Source of the DNA: Octopus bimaculoides
Lineage: Eukaryota
Direction: 5' to 3'
Assembly: GCF_001194135.2 (NCBI RefSeq)
Contig: NC_068982.1
Span: 167,750,355-167,796,559 of the forward strand
DNA: 46,205 nucleotides
Position numbers and translations under genes: made by a program. This document shows, one piece after another, positions 10,571-22,535 of this stretch; position 1 is the first letter of the stretch; each line of letters begins with the position of its first letter. The notes under the pieces were generated by a model. It did no database searches. It saw nothing but the letters and a program-made list of their open reading frames with translations, and was not told where the DNA came from.

Positions 10571-12057
10571 GTAACGGGGTGGGGGAAAGACGAAAGAACT
10601 GACAGTCGATCGTTCTAGAACTCCCAGAATAAAAACGTAAACACCTGAAAGACTTACCCTCTGTTCACTACTAATTTTGGCACAAGGTCAGGAATTTTGG
10701 GAAGGGATAAGTTGATTACATTGACCCTATGCAGAATTTTGTTGCAACTTTAAGTTAAATTTTCGTTGTTCTTCGAAATATAATCCAATGTTGTATATAT
10801 AAAGATGAGTGATTTTTTTTTTTACCTGAATCAATAAGGGGATTATTTTGATTTATTATAACGACAAATGATTTCAGAACATTAGAACATCTATCCAATT
10901 ACACGAGGATAAAAAAAGAAACGTTCATGGAAATTTTTATTGTATACATGTATCATTGCTTGGCCACCTTTAATAACTAAGAGAACATACTAGCCAAAGA
11001 GCTGGTAGTCTAAGTGCATAAGTCTTGTTTGTATTTTAAAATCAGTGAAAAGTGAGGAAGCAGGTAAACCTGATGCCCCACACATTTGTCCACAGATTGG
11101 TACCACGGTATACAGGGAAGAGAAATAAGAATCTGACAGCTAGCGATATTGAGACTGACATTGGTTCTTGGCTTGTCTTTGCGGCAAGGTACAGCCAACT
11201 AAGGACGTGTGTACGCGGAAATAATTTACTTCTCGAAAGTAGTTCACCGGATATGAGTGAATATTTTACTGTAAAGGACAACTGTCTGAAGCTTCTAATG
11301 TTAATTCACTGTAATTTGTTTACATTTACAGTCTGTTATGTGTTAACTGCTGTCGGTGTAGAGCTGCAATTCTTTGTTTCAAGCCAGGGGTTTACCTTAT
11401 TTTTGAAAATACATAACGGTTTCAAAAAAAAAAAAAAACAACAAAAAACAAAAAGAAAAAATAAACAAAGCAAAAAAAAAAGCCTCTCATACATGCCATC
11501 AAACCATAACCATATATATTAGCATAATTTTAGTCTACAGAAATTTTTCTTTTCCAACATTACAAAAAAAAAAAAAAATATCCAATGCAGTCGATAATAG
11601 TTTATCCGAAATTTCTGGGACGGATAGTGTTTCGGATTTCGGAAAGATTGTATGATTGCATCGATGAAATGGAATACTTTCAGCATGAGATCTAAGTTTA
11701 AACATATTGTTCATTTGCATTTCATAACAGAGCATATACATAAACTATCAAAATAGCTTTATGCAAATTCAGTTTAATAGTTTAACTTCGGGAATGTCAT
11801 ACTATTTCTCTAAAACAAATTCACCTTTTATACTTACAGTTCAGGTTGTCACCTACATAAAGCTGCTACACGTCACTTTCCTTTTTCACGCTTTCGTTTT
11901 ATGTTCACACTACAATAATTCATCTCAATATTTTTCTGACCGACTGTTGTGACTAGGAAACTCCGACCAGTAGCGGAGGCGTTTACCAGCTTTCTTCTTG
12001 TAGATATGAAAAATTTTACCATGCGTATTGACCATTTGTTCGTTTGTAACTAAAACT

Positions 12058-12106
<49 letters not shown>

Positions 12107-12162
12107 TGTGTGTGTGTGTATACTTATGCATGTATGTATGTCATTATTTAGTTTTATTTCAA

Positions 12163-12455
12163 GATTTCTGGCCAATAGAGTAAAAGACGATTTCTAACCT
12201 AGATCCAAGGTTCCTTCATTGGAATTTCAACATCAAACACAGGGTATTTTTGTTTGTATGTATGTCTACGTGTAGATTTGCCTGTTTTGTTTAATGTATG
12301 TCTTCTCATGCATGTACTTGCATACCTAGACATGCTCATATAAAACTTCTGGAAAGTTTTACAGATTTTTACAGTTCCAGTGATTGGATTGGATCTGTAG
12401 TCTTCGAATCAGCTTTCTCCATTCTGGTTTTGAGAAACCTAATTTCTCAAGATTG
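12163..12455. repeat. Unclassified interspersed repeat, copy 1
   Basis: Two blocks (tctaacctagatccaaggttccttcattggaa; ggaaagtttttacagatttttacagttccagtgattggattggatctgtagtcttc) recur in the same order at 45898-46205. Confidence 0.8.
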
Positions 12456-12762
12456 GTATTTAGGCAGTGTGTTACATATCCCAGTGCCCCACTAATTACA
12501 CGTATGAATTGCAGGTATGTATGTATGTATGTATGTATGTATTGGCAAAGAAAAAAAAATGGAAGATACAGAGAAAAATGTGTAAAATAATATTGGAAAA
12601 TAAAGGTAGTGGATAGCTGCGAAAAATAAAGATGTGGCAGTTTACTTACGAGCCGTATTAGAATTCAGTAGGATGATAGAGCTTTCCGTTCAGTTTCTTT
12701 TTTATCCTGTGAAAACAGACAGCATCAGTATTAACACCACCATCACCGCCGCCTCCGAATCA

Positions 12763-12848
12763 CCACCACCACCACCACCACCACCACCACCACCACCACC
12801 TCTTTTTACTTCTACAACAGTAGCAACAACAATGACAACAACAACAAA

Positions 12849-12880
<32 letters not shown>
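12763..12880. repeat. Compound trinucleotide microsatellite (CAC)n-(CAA)n-(CTA)n
   Basis: Directly visible. It explains the poly-Pro/poly-Thr ORF at 12634-12903. Confidence 0.9.
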
Positions 12881-12944
12881 GTCAAGCGGACATTCAAAAG
12901 TAATTTGGAGCGCAGACTCTTGCGTGACGAATTGAACATATAAC

Positions 12945-12978
<34 letters not shown>

Positions 12979-13292
12979 CGTAAAAATGATGGAAAACAAG
13001 AGACAGAAAAAAAAATCAAGAAAGAATGGATAAGATTCACAGTTTATTAATATTTTTTGCTGGAGGCTGTGCTCCATTTTGGGAGACGTGGTTAATAGAT
13101 GGACACATGTGAGAGGTAGTGGTGACAGCAAATAATAGCAAGCGAAGAGAACATGAAAGCAGTCAAACAAATCGATTCATAATGAACTTGTACATACATA
13201 CTCATACGGACACACAAAGACACTTACACATATACAGGTATACACCCGTACATACTCAGACATTTGAATATGTTCTGAAACGTATACACATA

Positions 13293-13478
13293 CGAGGGGG
13301 TGCTGAAAAGTCCGTGGTTCTGGTTAAAAGAAAGTAGAGGAGGATTAGTTAGTTCTGAATTATTCAACATATTCCCCTCTGAAATTTACGCACTTATTGC
13401 AGCGGTCCTTCAGTTTTTCTAAGCCCTGTAAAAGAACTCAGAAGTTCAGGCCTTTCACGACATTACAGCGCTCACTCG
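13293..13478. mobile_element. Mariner-type MITE of about 186 bp
   Basis: Left end TA|cgagggggtgctgaaaag. Right end cagcgctcactcg|TA matches the reverse complement of the left end at 12 of 15 positions, counting the TA. TA lies on both flanks. No coding capacity. Confidence 0.7.
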
Positions 13479-14263
13479 TATGTGCGTGCGTTGGGGAATA
13501 TTTGTGTGTGTATGTGCGTGTGTGTGTGTGCTTGTGTGTGTGTTATATTTATAAATATGTGTACGTGTGTTTACTTGTGTGCGACTGCTCGCGTATGAAT
13601 ATGAGTGTGTGTCTGCGTGCGGTAACTATGCATATATGAACAATACAGAATATATCTTAGTTGGAACAAGGGACTAATTCGATAAAAGTCCTCTACAATT
13701 AAGTTTGCTGGAACTATGACCAATAACAAAGTGAATAAAATAAGCTGTAAGAATGGATTTCGAATCTTTCATAGAAGGAAAATATGGATATATATTCTCC
13801 TGATATCAACTTTCGGCAACATCAGGATATTTCGAGACGTGTTTTTCATCAGCCAGTGTTGATAAAAAGATAGTTTCATTCTGCTTCACAACAAATAGAA
13901 GTCGGTTACGAGGGGTTAATATTTAAACCGACCTGCAGCAAACTAAGGCAATGATGAAAAGGCTGTAATGTAGAACGAAAAATTAATATATTAGCCAGAT
14001 AGAGAGAATAAATCTAGTGTTCCACCGGGAAATGTATTAATTTTAGTACACTAAAAATATCCGGGAGCTATTTAACTTAGCACTAGACACACACGAACAA
14101 TGCATAACGCATCTTAATTTGACTTAACCAGACATTCATATCCCGAGTATGCTCTACAGATTATAAATCTAACGGGCGTTGAGAACAATGTTTCGGAGAA
14201 TGAAGTAAACGGAAAAAGTGGAAATTAGAGTATAGCAACGATAATATGAATGTATTTATCATT

Positions 14264-14655
14264 AGGCGTGGCTGTGTGGTAAGAAGTTTGCTTTCCATTC
14301 ACCTTGTTCCGAGTTCAGTCCCACTTACGCAACTGTCATCTGCTATAGCCTCAGGCCGACCAATGCCTTGTGAATGGATTTGGTAGACGGAATCTCAAAA
14401 AAGCCCGTCATAGACACACCCACACACATACATATGTGTGTGTGTGTGTGTGTGTTTGTCTTCCCCCACTGTATGACAACAGGTGTTAGTGTATTTACGC
14501 CACCGTAACTTAGCGGTTCAGCAAAAGAGTTTGAGCTATTAAGTAGCAGACTTTAAGAAAATAAATTAGTACTGGAGTCGATTCATTCGACTAAAATTGT
14601 TCAAGGCTGTGGTCCAGCATGGGCGCAATCCAATGATTGGAACAAGTAAAAGATA
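14264..14655 (+). mobile_element. tRNA-derived SINE family A, near full length with an internal (TG)n
   Basis: Head ggcgtggctgtgtggtaagaag...gagttcagtccc (A- and B-box-like), then ggccgaccaatgccttgtgaatggatttggtagacgg, a microsatellite, and a tail ending ccagcatgg...gaacaagtaaaag. The same architecture is inverted at 18865-19308. Confidence 0.85.
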
Positions 14656-14989
14656 ACGATTCGTATGCAGTAAGAACGAAAGGTTAAAATGTTTGTTTCG
14701 CAATCACGAGGTCCGAGGTTTGAGCCTTATGCACGCTGTCTTGAGTAAGTGTTTGTTTACCTTAACCTTGGCTAGGTCCAAGCATTATGAATGAAACTCC
14801 GTTGTTGGAAAGGATTTAGAAGCCCAACGGAACGATTGTACCAGTAAATCAAAGTCGAGTCATTTTACACAGTATCGTGTCATACCGACACTTCCCGATA
14901 ACTACGTTTAGGTAGGCGTGATTGTGGAGAGTTAAACTACATACAAATTCAATGAGCAGGTACAGATCGAACAACTGAGCATTAAGTTT

Positions 14990-15140
14990 TCTAACGGTTA
15001 GGGTGCTTCCTTATGGTCTTAAGGAGGTGGATTCAATTCTGGGACGAGCGAGGCTATATGTCCTTGAGATAGTTCATTTTACATTGCTTCAGTTGACTCC
15101 ACTGAAATTGGGTACCAGTCAAATGCTGTTGCAACTCCCC
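14990..15140 (+). mobile_element. Old, diverged SINE related to family C
   Basis: tRNA-like head (taacggttaggg...ggattcaattc), then tgtccttgag...ttttacattgcttcagt, similar to 2171-2215. Confidence 0.5.
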
Positions 15141-15514
15141 CTTTCCAACAATAACATCCTCGACTTTCGTTGGGTTAACGATCAGAGGATAGTTCGAGTT
15201 TATATCCGTGCATATATAGACGTCAAAAACAATTAGCGAATGTACGCCACCGGCTACCAAGTCACATTTATAAGGTTTATACCCTGCTTTCTATAAGACA
15301 GTACTCAGCTGGTATGCTCCGTACACTTAACATAAAAATACAAAAATATAACGATATGTCTTTTTTCTACCTCCGACGAGATTCAACTTTATAATGATTT
15401 AATTATTTTAATTAATTTCTAAAGTTTGAATCGAAACAGCTGTCAGAGATTATGTCTATTTTTGTAATTAACAAATAATTATTAATTGCTTTATCTCTAT
15501 TTTCTTATTTTTCT

Positions 15515-15547
<33 letters not shown>

Positions 15548-15778
15548 TTACACACTCACACACACACGTACAAACAGATTTATGCGCTAATAATTCGAAT
15601 GGAATCGACGTGACTAATATTAGAAAAAAAAAGAAACGGAATTACTTTATATCTCGAGTGTGTACTTATGTTTTTGTGTCCACGATCTGGAAGACGTCTA
15701 GGTGTTCTTATAACACATCATATGTCCAAGAGGAGAGCTTTTTTTCATACTTTGTCCACTTTTATCACTCACTTTCTC

Positions 15779-15779
15779 T

Positions 15780-15836
<57 letters not shown>
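15779..15836. repeat. (TCTA)n tetranucleotide microsatellite
   Basis: Directly visible. Confidence 0.95.
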
Positions 15837-15837
<1 letters not shown>

Positions 15838-16845
15838 CTTACTTCCAATTTTATCTCTGTGAAAAACTTATGATTGAAGAATCTTTTGATCATTGAGTCT
15901 CCGTTGTCTCACAATTAATTACATTTTATCATTGACTTCAGATATTCCTAATTCTTATCTTTAAGCTAAAGATATACCCTTCCATACTTCATTATACATA
16001 CATGCATACATACATACATGCATACATACATACATACATACGTATATACATTTATAAGAGTGAGTGAGAGTGAAAGAGAGATATATATCTATATCTATGT
16101 ATGTGTGTGTGTGTAATATTTATGTATCTTTATGCGCATACCTATGAAAAATATATACGCATATATATATATATATTTGTATATATATATANNNNNNNNN
16201 NNNNNNNNNNNNNNNNNNNNNNNNNNNNNNNNNNNNNNNNNNNNNNNNNNNNNNNNNNNNNNNNNNNNNNNNNNNNNNNNNNNNNNNNNNNNNNNNNNNN
16301 NNNNNNNNNNNNNNNNNNNNNNNNNNNNNNNNNNNNNNNNNNNNNNNNNNNNNNNNNNNNNNNNNNNNNNNNNNNNNNNNNNNNNNNNNNNNNNNNNNNN
16401 NNNNNNNNNNNNNNNNNNNNNNNNNNNNNNNNNNNNNNNNNNNNNNNNNNNNNNNNNNNNNNNNNNNNNNNNNNNNNNNNNNNNNNNNNNNNNNNNNNNN
16501 NNNNNNNNNNNNNNNNNNNNNNNNNNNNNNNNNNNNNNNNNNNNNNNNNNNNNNNNNNNNNNNNNNNNNNNNNNNNNNNNNNNNNNNNNNNNNNNNNNNN
16601 NNNNNNNNNNNNNNNNNNNNNNNNNNNNNNNNNNNNNNNNNNNNNNNNNNNNNNNNNNNNNNNNNNNNNNNNNNNNNNNNNNNNNNNNNNNNNNNNNNNN
16701 NNNNNNNNNNNNNNNNNNNNNNNNNNNNNNNNNNNNNNNNNNNNNNNNNNNNNNNNNNNNNNNNNNNNNNNNNNNNNNNNNNNNNNNNNNNNNNNNNNNN
16801 NNNNNNNNNNNNNNNNNNNNNNNNNNNNNNNNNNNNNNNNNNNNN

Positions 16846-17188
16846 GCCTACCTCTTCCACGGGTTCCCTCAACTGTTAGGGTGTGGCACTTTTTCACGCA
16901 GCTATCCTCCTCCATTCTCACCACATGTCCATACCAGCGCAATCGTCTCTCTTGCACGCCACAACTGATGCTTCTAATGTTCAGCTTTTCTCTCAAGATA
17001 CTTACACTCTGACGGGTATTCACATTGACATTACACATCCAACGGAGCATACTGGCTTCATTCCTTGCGAGCTTACGTATGTCCTCAGCAGTTACAGCCC
17101 ATGTTTCACTGCCATGTAGCATGGTTGTTCGTACGCATGCGTCATACAGTCTGCCTTTTACTCTGAGTGAGAGTCCCTTTGTCGCCAT
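16846..17188 (-). mobile_element. RTE-clade LINE, C-terminal ORF fragment (5'-truncated, 3' end lost in the gap)
   Basis: Open frame KGRLYDACVRTTMLHGSETW...RNEASMLRWMC...QERRLRWYGHVVRMEEDSCVKKC...GRGR, the typical post-RT region of RTE elements. Confidence 0.9.
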
Positions 17189-17199
17189 GTATCTATGTG

Positions 17200-17418
17200 T
17201 GTGTGTCTTCGTGTCAGTGTTTGTCTCCCACTACCGCTTGTCAACCGGTGTTGGTGTGTTCACGCCTTTATAATCTAGCAGTTCGGCTAAAGAAACCGAT
17301 AGAATAAGCACCACCAGGCTTAACAAAAAATAAGTCATGGGATCGATTCATTCGACTAAAACAATTCTTCAAGGCGGCGCCCCAGCATGGCCTCAGTCTA
17401 ATTGAAAAAAGTAAAAGG
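17200..17418 (+). mobile_element. SINE family A, 3' half (no head visible)
   Basis: tgtttgtctcccactaccgcttgtcaaccggtgttggtgtg...ttcgactaaa...ggcggcgccccagcatggcc matches 14452-14655. It is followed by (TCTA)n/(TCTG)n. Confidence 0.85.
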
Positions 17419-17420
17419 TA

Positions 17421-17465
<45 letters not shown>

Positions 17466-17770
17466 GTCTGTCTGTCTGTCTGTCTGTCTGTCGTAAGAAT
17501 GACATTAACCTGTATCCGTGATGAGACTTCGATTTCTGGTGTTGTGGAAAGCATGGAGTCATTCATTAATTACCTTTAATCTCTCGGATCCGTTCTGGCT
17601 CTGTCAGTATCCCGTATGCAGGTTAAACAGATTCCACAGTGCTATAGAGAAGGATCTCCGTATCTTTTGACAAAGCTGTGGGAAAGGCAGCTCTTAGAAG
17701 AGAAAGATACTCTGACACAAAACTTGCAGTCAAAATAGTCCCAGTTACCTTGCAATGTTTGTCACTGGAA

Positions 17771-17982
17771 CCAAAGCGGCGAACTGGCAGAAACGTCAGC
17801 ACGTCGGGCGAAATGCGTAGCGGTATTTCGTCTGTCTTTACGTACCAAGTTCAAACTCCGCCGAGGTCGACTTTACCTTTCATCCTTTCGGGGGTCAATG
17901 AATGCCAGTTGCACACTGGGGTCGATCTAATCGACTGGCCCCCTCCCTCAAAATTTCGGGTCTTGTGCCTACAGTAGAAAAG
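17771..17982 (+). mobile_element. tRNA-derived SINE family B with a 17-bp target-site duplication
   Basis: Head ggcgaactggcagaaacgtcagc...aagttcaaactcc. Flanked by identical AATGTTTGTCACTGGAA at 17754-17770 and 17983-17999. Confidence 0.92.
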
Positions 17983-18247
17983 AATGTTTGTCACTGGAAA
18001 CTAGTATGACGACCGAGAGAGTACAAAAGTGTTGTACAAGCATATGTCACTTAAACCTAATGAAGTACTATCGTTTTATTTCTTCACCCCTTTTGTATTG
18101 ATTAAAGCGCCATGTCGATGTAAAAGTCATATCCACGCACATATCCACCACAATAATCAAACGGAATGTGAGAAGGCTATCATCTGACAAAATGAAGAAA
18201 TCATCGTCATCACCATCTATATTCCTAGTATATATATATATACACAC

Positions 18248-18314
<67 letters not shown>

Positions 18315-18737
18315 NNNNNNNNNNNNNNNNNNNNNNNNNNNNNNNNNNNNNNNNNNNNNNNNNNNNNNNNNNNNNNNNNNNNNNNNNNNNNNNNNNNNNN
18401 NNNNNNNNNNNNNNNNNNNNNNNNNNNNNNNNNNNNNNNNNNNNNNNNNNNNNNNNNNNNNNNNNNNNNNNNNNNNNNNNNNNNNNNNNNNNNNNNNNNN
18501 NNNNNNNNNNNNNNNNNNNNNNNNNNNNNNNNNNNNNNNNNNNNNNNNNNNNNNNNNNNNNNNNNNNNNNNNNNNNNNNNNNNNNNNNNNNNNNNNNNNN
18601 NNNNNNNNNNNNNNNNNNNNNNNTTTCTGACATAATTTAAATATATACTTTAACCATGTAACACAAGCCTTCTGTGGCTTTTTCACTTTTATTATCTTTT
18701 ATACATCCAACCACGTGCTTTCACATACCAACTTGCT

Positions 18738-18808
<71 letters not shown>

Positions 18809-18864
18809 GTGTGTGTGTGAGTATATATATGTATATATATATCTTTTATTGTGTATATTTTTTG

Positions 18865-19095
18865 TACTTGTTTCAGTCATTTGACTGCGGCCATGCTGGA
18901 GCACCGTCTTAAAGGGTTTTAGTCGAAGAAATCGACCCCAGGACTTATTCTTTGTAAGCCTGGAACATGTTCTATCGGTCTCTTTTGTCGAACTGGTAGG
19001 CTACAGGAAAATATGCACACCAGCATCAATTGTCAAGGGATGGGGNNNNNNNNNNNNNNNNNNNNNNNNNNNNNNNNNNNNNNNNNNNNNNNNNN

Positions 19096-19152
<57 letters not shown>

Positions 19153-19308
19153 TGGGCTGCTTTCCTTTTCCGTCTACCAAATCCATTCACAAGACATTGG
19201 TCAGCCCGAGGCTAGAGTAGAATACACTTGCCCGAAGTGCCACGTAGTGGGACTGAACTCGGAACCTTGTGGCCGGGAAAGTAAGCTTCTTACCACACAG
19301 CCACGCCT
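18865..19308 (-). mobile_element. SINE family A, near full length, with a gap in its central (CA)n
   Basis: 19151-19308 is the reverse complement of the family A head. 18865-19045 is the reverse complement of the tail. Confidence 0.85.
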
Positions 19309-20505
19309 ATACTCCAAGTGTAAGAGATTTATAAAGAACTCGATGAAGTAAGCAATACTCTCGCTCAGAGTATTGATGCAATATCTGATGTTTAAATTTC
19401 TGTAGCAAATAAAGATTTGTCCGTTTTTAGCGAAATCAAAATTAGTACGGCTTGGCACTTAATTTTACCCGACTCACGTGCATTTCTAATGTGAATATAC
19501 TGTGATCTCATATATATGCGCATGAATATTGTTCTAAATATACATATGATACATACATCATATTTACAAATATATTCACTTTGTTGTCGGCATATTATGT
19601 ACATGTGTATGAATATGGACTTAATATATTTACATCAGAAGCATACGTGAATCGGGTAAAAATAGATTTTGCCTGGCTATAAGCATTTTGATATGCTTTG
19701 CTTAGGTCTTATTTTAATGTGCTAAATAGATTTAAATATCAGACGCATATACATACTTATAATACACATATACAGTGGAGATTAAAAGATCTATTTAGCA
19801 TTGATACATACAAACAGGCTAAAAACCGAAGTAGGTCGAGTTTCGTATTCTATGTCTCATTTGTCCCTCTCTATCTCTTCCACTCTCCTACTCTCGATTT
19901 CTTTCCTACAGCCTTCATTCACACTCCACGGTATTCATTAACCTTTCCTAGCTTCAGTTAATCATTTGAGAGCCACGGATCAATGATCTTCGGATAAATA
20001 GTCTAATGCTCTCCCATTCATGCGACTAGCCGTTCGGACCATTCCAATATATTTAGATAGGTATTTCCGGAAAATTGATTAGGTTTGCCATTATATCGTG
20101 CCATTTTAAGGTTACTGAATATTCTCTCATCTCTTAATAATGACATTTTATATTAAAGAAGGTATTTACGAGAAAATATTCAAACAAAATAACGAATGTA
20201 GTATTTTAAATATTTAAAAATAAAACTGTAATAAAATAAATATTAAAAATCTTTTGAACGCCTGGTGTCCTGGAGATGATATTTATTTTATCACTTTTAG
20301 ATAAATTATGATGAGATTAAAAGTTGGAATTTTAAATCAAAGTGTAACAAACAAGATGCACAGAATATACACATTTAGTATTTTTTCTTCTCATTACAAA
20401 GATCTTAAATATTTTCTAGTCATAGGTAGCCGTGCATAGTACCATATCATTCCTATTTGAAATCATCTGCATGTCGTAAATGTCAGTAAATAGATTGCAC
20501 TAAAC

Positions 20506-20645
20506 AAGGTGGCAAGCTGGCAGAATCGTTAGCAACCCGGCCAAAATGCTAGGCCGCATTTCGTCTGGCTCTTTGACTTTTCCTTTCCTCATTTTTCGGT
20601 TGAAGTAATCGATTTACCTCTCTCTCGGAATTGTTGGCTTTGTGG
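20506..20645 (+). mobile_element. SINE family B, internally deleted and diverged
   Basis: aaggtggcaagctggcagaatcgttagc head, similar to 43050. Confidence 0.65.
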
Positions 20646-22038
20646 GAAAAAAAATGAAGCGAAACCAACTAGAATACACTAAATTAAACATTTATGGAAT
20701 GTATATATCTTTTTTTTCTCCTTTTTCTGCAGAGATCGTATTAAAGATCTATGCAGAAAATTGAGAAATAGATAAATAGATAGATAGAGAGATAGATAGA
20801 TAGAAAGAGAGATAGAGCGAGAGAGAAGTTCTGCATGCAAATAAATTATTTCCTTTGTGGAAAACTTCATAAATGTTTACAATAACTGTCTTGACTTCAT
20901 TACAAACGAATTTCACAAGCTATTTGGGGTGTCTTCATTCTGGGCGCAGATTCCAGAATAGAGGGAATTTTGAATCTCCTCTCGTTCTCTATTTGTTCCT
21001 CTCTCTCTACGTATATGTATATTTACATATATATGTGTATGCATGTATATGTGTGTGTGTGTGTGTGTTTGTGCACGAGCGCGTGTAGTGAGAGTATGTA
21101 TCTCCCGACTGATCATAAACTAAATTTGTAATTGTTTCCAATAAATAACTTTCTTATTTATGGTAAGAATAGGTGAGGACATCATTGACATCTTACAGAA
21201 AACTGTGTTTAAAGCATAAGTGAAATACTATTCGACATTAAAAAAAGATGAATTGTAACGCCTACCATATTATATCTTTTGGTATTTTTTACTTGGTTAT
21301 TTTTTTCATATCCCTTCGATTAAAAAAAAAAATGTTTGCAGCAATAAGATCTAGCAAATAATTTACGCAAACATTTTGGCAAATAATTTAGTGAGTCATT
21401 GATTAAAACGATTATTTGCATAATTTCATAGATTTCAAATTATCAGCCAACAGATGTCAAGAAAAATAATTCTTTTAATTGTGATGCGTCTGAAATGAAA
21501 ACCTTTGAATTCGTAACTTTAAACTTCACACACTGTTTTCTTTTGTGTTACAGTACCGTTTCATAGTGTTCTGTTTTTATTTTTTTCCTCTATTTTTCCC
21601 AGTTTGCTAATTTACTTTTTGCTAATTCCATTTTCATACATTATTTAAAAATTCTTTTACTTATTTTTCTCTTTTCGTATTTCGCTTTGACTGTTACTGC
21701 GAACCACACGTATAATCACATTCATAAATATTGATATTGACTTTGCAACACCTACCAATTTAACTCTGCAATCTGGTCAATACGTGTCTTTATTGAGATT
21801 GAGTCCGTAACGGAGCAGAATATCTGCCTACGAATTTCCTTGCAGACTTTAATCTGGAGATGTACATGCTGGACCTTTACCAATCAGTCTTACTGACCTG
21901 AAAGATCTTACTGGGAATATGGTGTACTTATCTTACCCCTCAATGACTTACATACAAAACCGAGGCATTAAAACATTTCTTTCCATATATGCAAACTCAA
22001 AGGTTGTGAGCTGGCAGAATCCTTAGCACATCAGGTAT

Positions 22039-22106
<68 letters not shown>

Positions 22107-22172
22107 ACACACAGACACACAGACACAGACACAGACACAGACACAGACACACAGACACACACACAGACACAG

Positions 22173-22214
<42 letters not shown>

Positions 22215-22240
22215 ACACAAACACACACACAAACACACAC
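22039..22240. repeat. (CA)n microsatellite with internal (CAGACA)n hexamers
   Basis: Directly visible. It follows a short SINE B head stub at about 22000-22036. Confidence 0.9.
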
Positions 22241-22329
22241 GGTATGTGTATACGAATGCTGTCACTAGGAAACGAGTGTGACTTGGTGCAAGTCGCTGAT
22301 CGATGATTGCTTTTCGATGCCCGTGTAAT

Positions 22330-22535
22330 CAGGAGCAAACATGCACAAGTTATCGACCCACTCATCTTTGACCAAACAGAACATAGACGATATGACAGCC
22401 AATAGAAGAGAGGGCTTCCCAAACACTTGGTTGGTGCTCATTTTCAGTTCAACAGATTGAAGGAACACGCTGTCCGATCGAATTCACTACTTATGACCGT
22501 GAGGGCAACACACTAATCAGTAAGCCACGTGCATT
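22330..22535 (-). mobile_element. Diverged SINE with a family C-like head
   Basis: The reverse complement begins gcacgtggcttactgattagtgtgttg...gtgaattcgatc, resembling the head at 2111. Confidence 0.5.

Noticed and set aside
13825-13860. Hammerhead-like CTGATGA...GAAA cores (minus strand here; partial matches near 38935, 40562 and 45181)
   Set aside because: Stem II and the flanking helices do not pair, or GAAA is missing. No intact ribozyme can be supported.
19353-19375. Perfect 9-bp hairpin caatactct-cgctc-agagtattg
   Set aside because: Isolated and short, with no downstream CTRR to suggest a Helitron end. It is plausible by chance in 46 kb.
21997-22422. Numerous CV/HT/YI-repeat ORFs throughout the window
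   Set aside because: They are stop-free readings of (CA)n, (TA)n and (TACA)n tracts.
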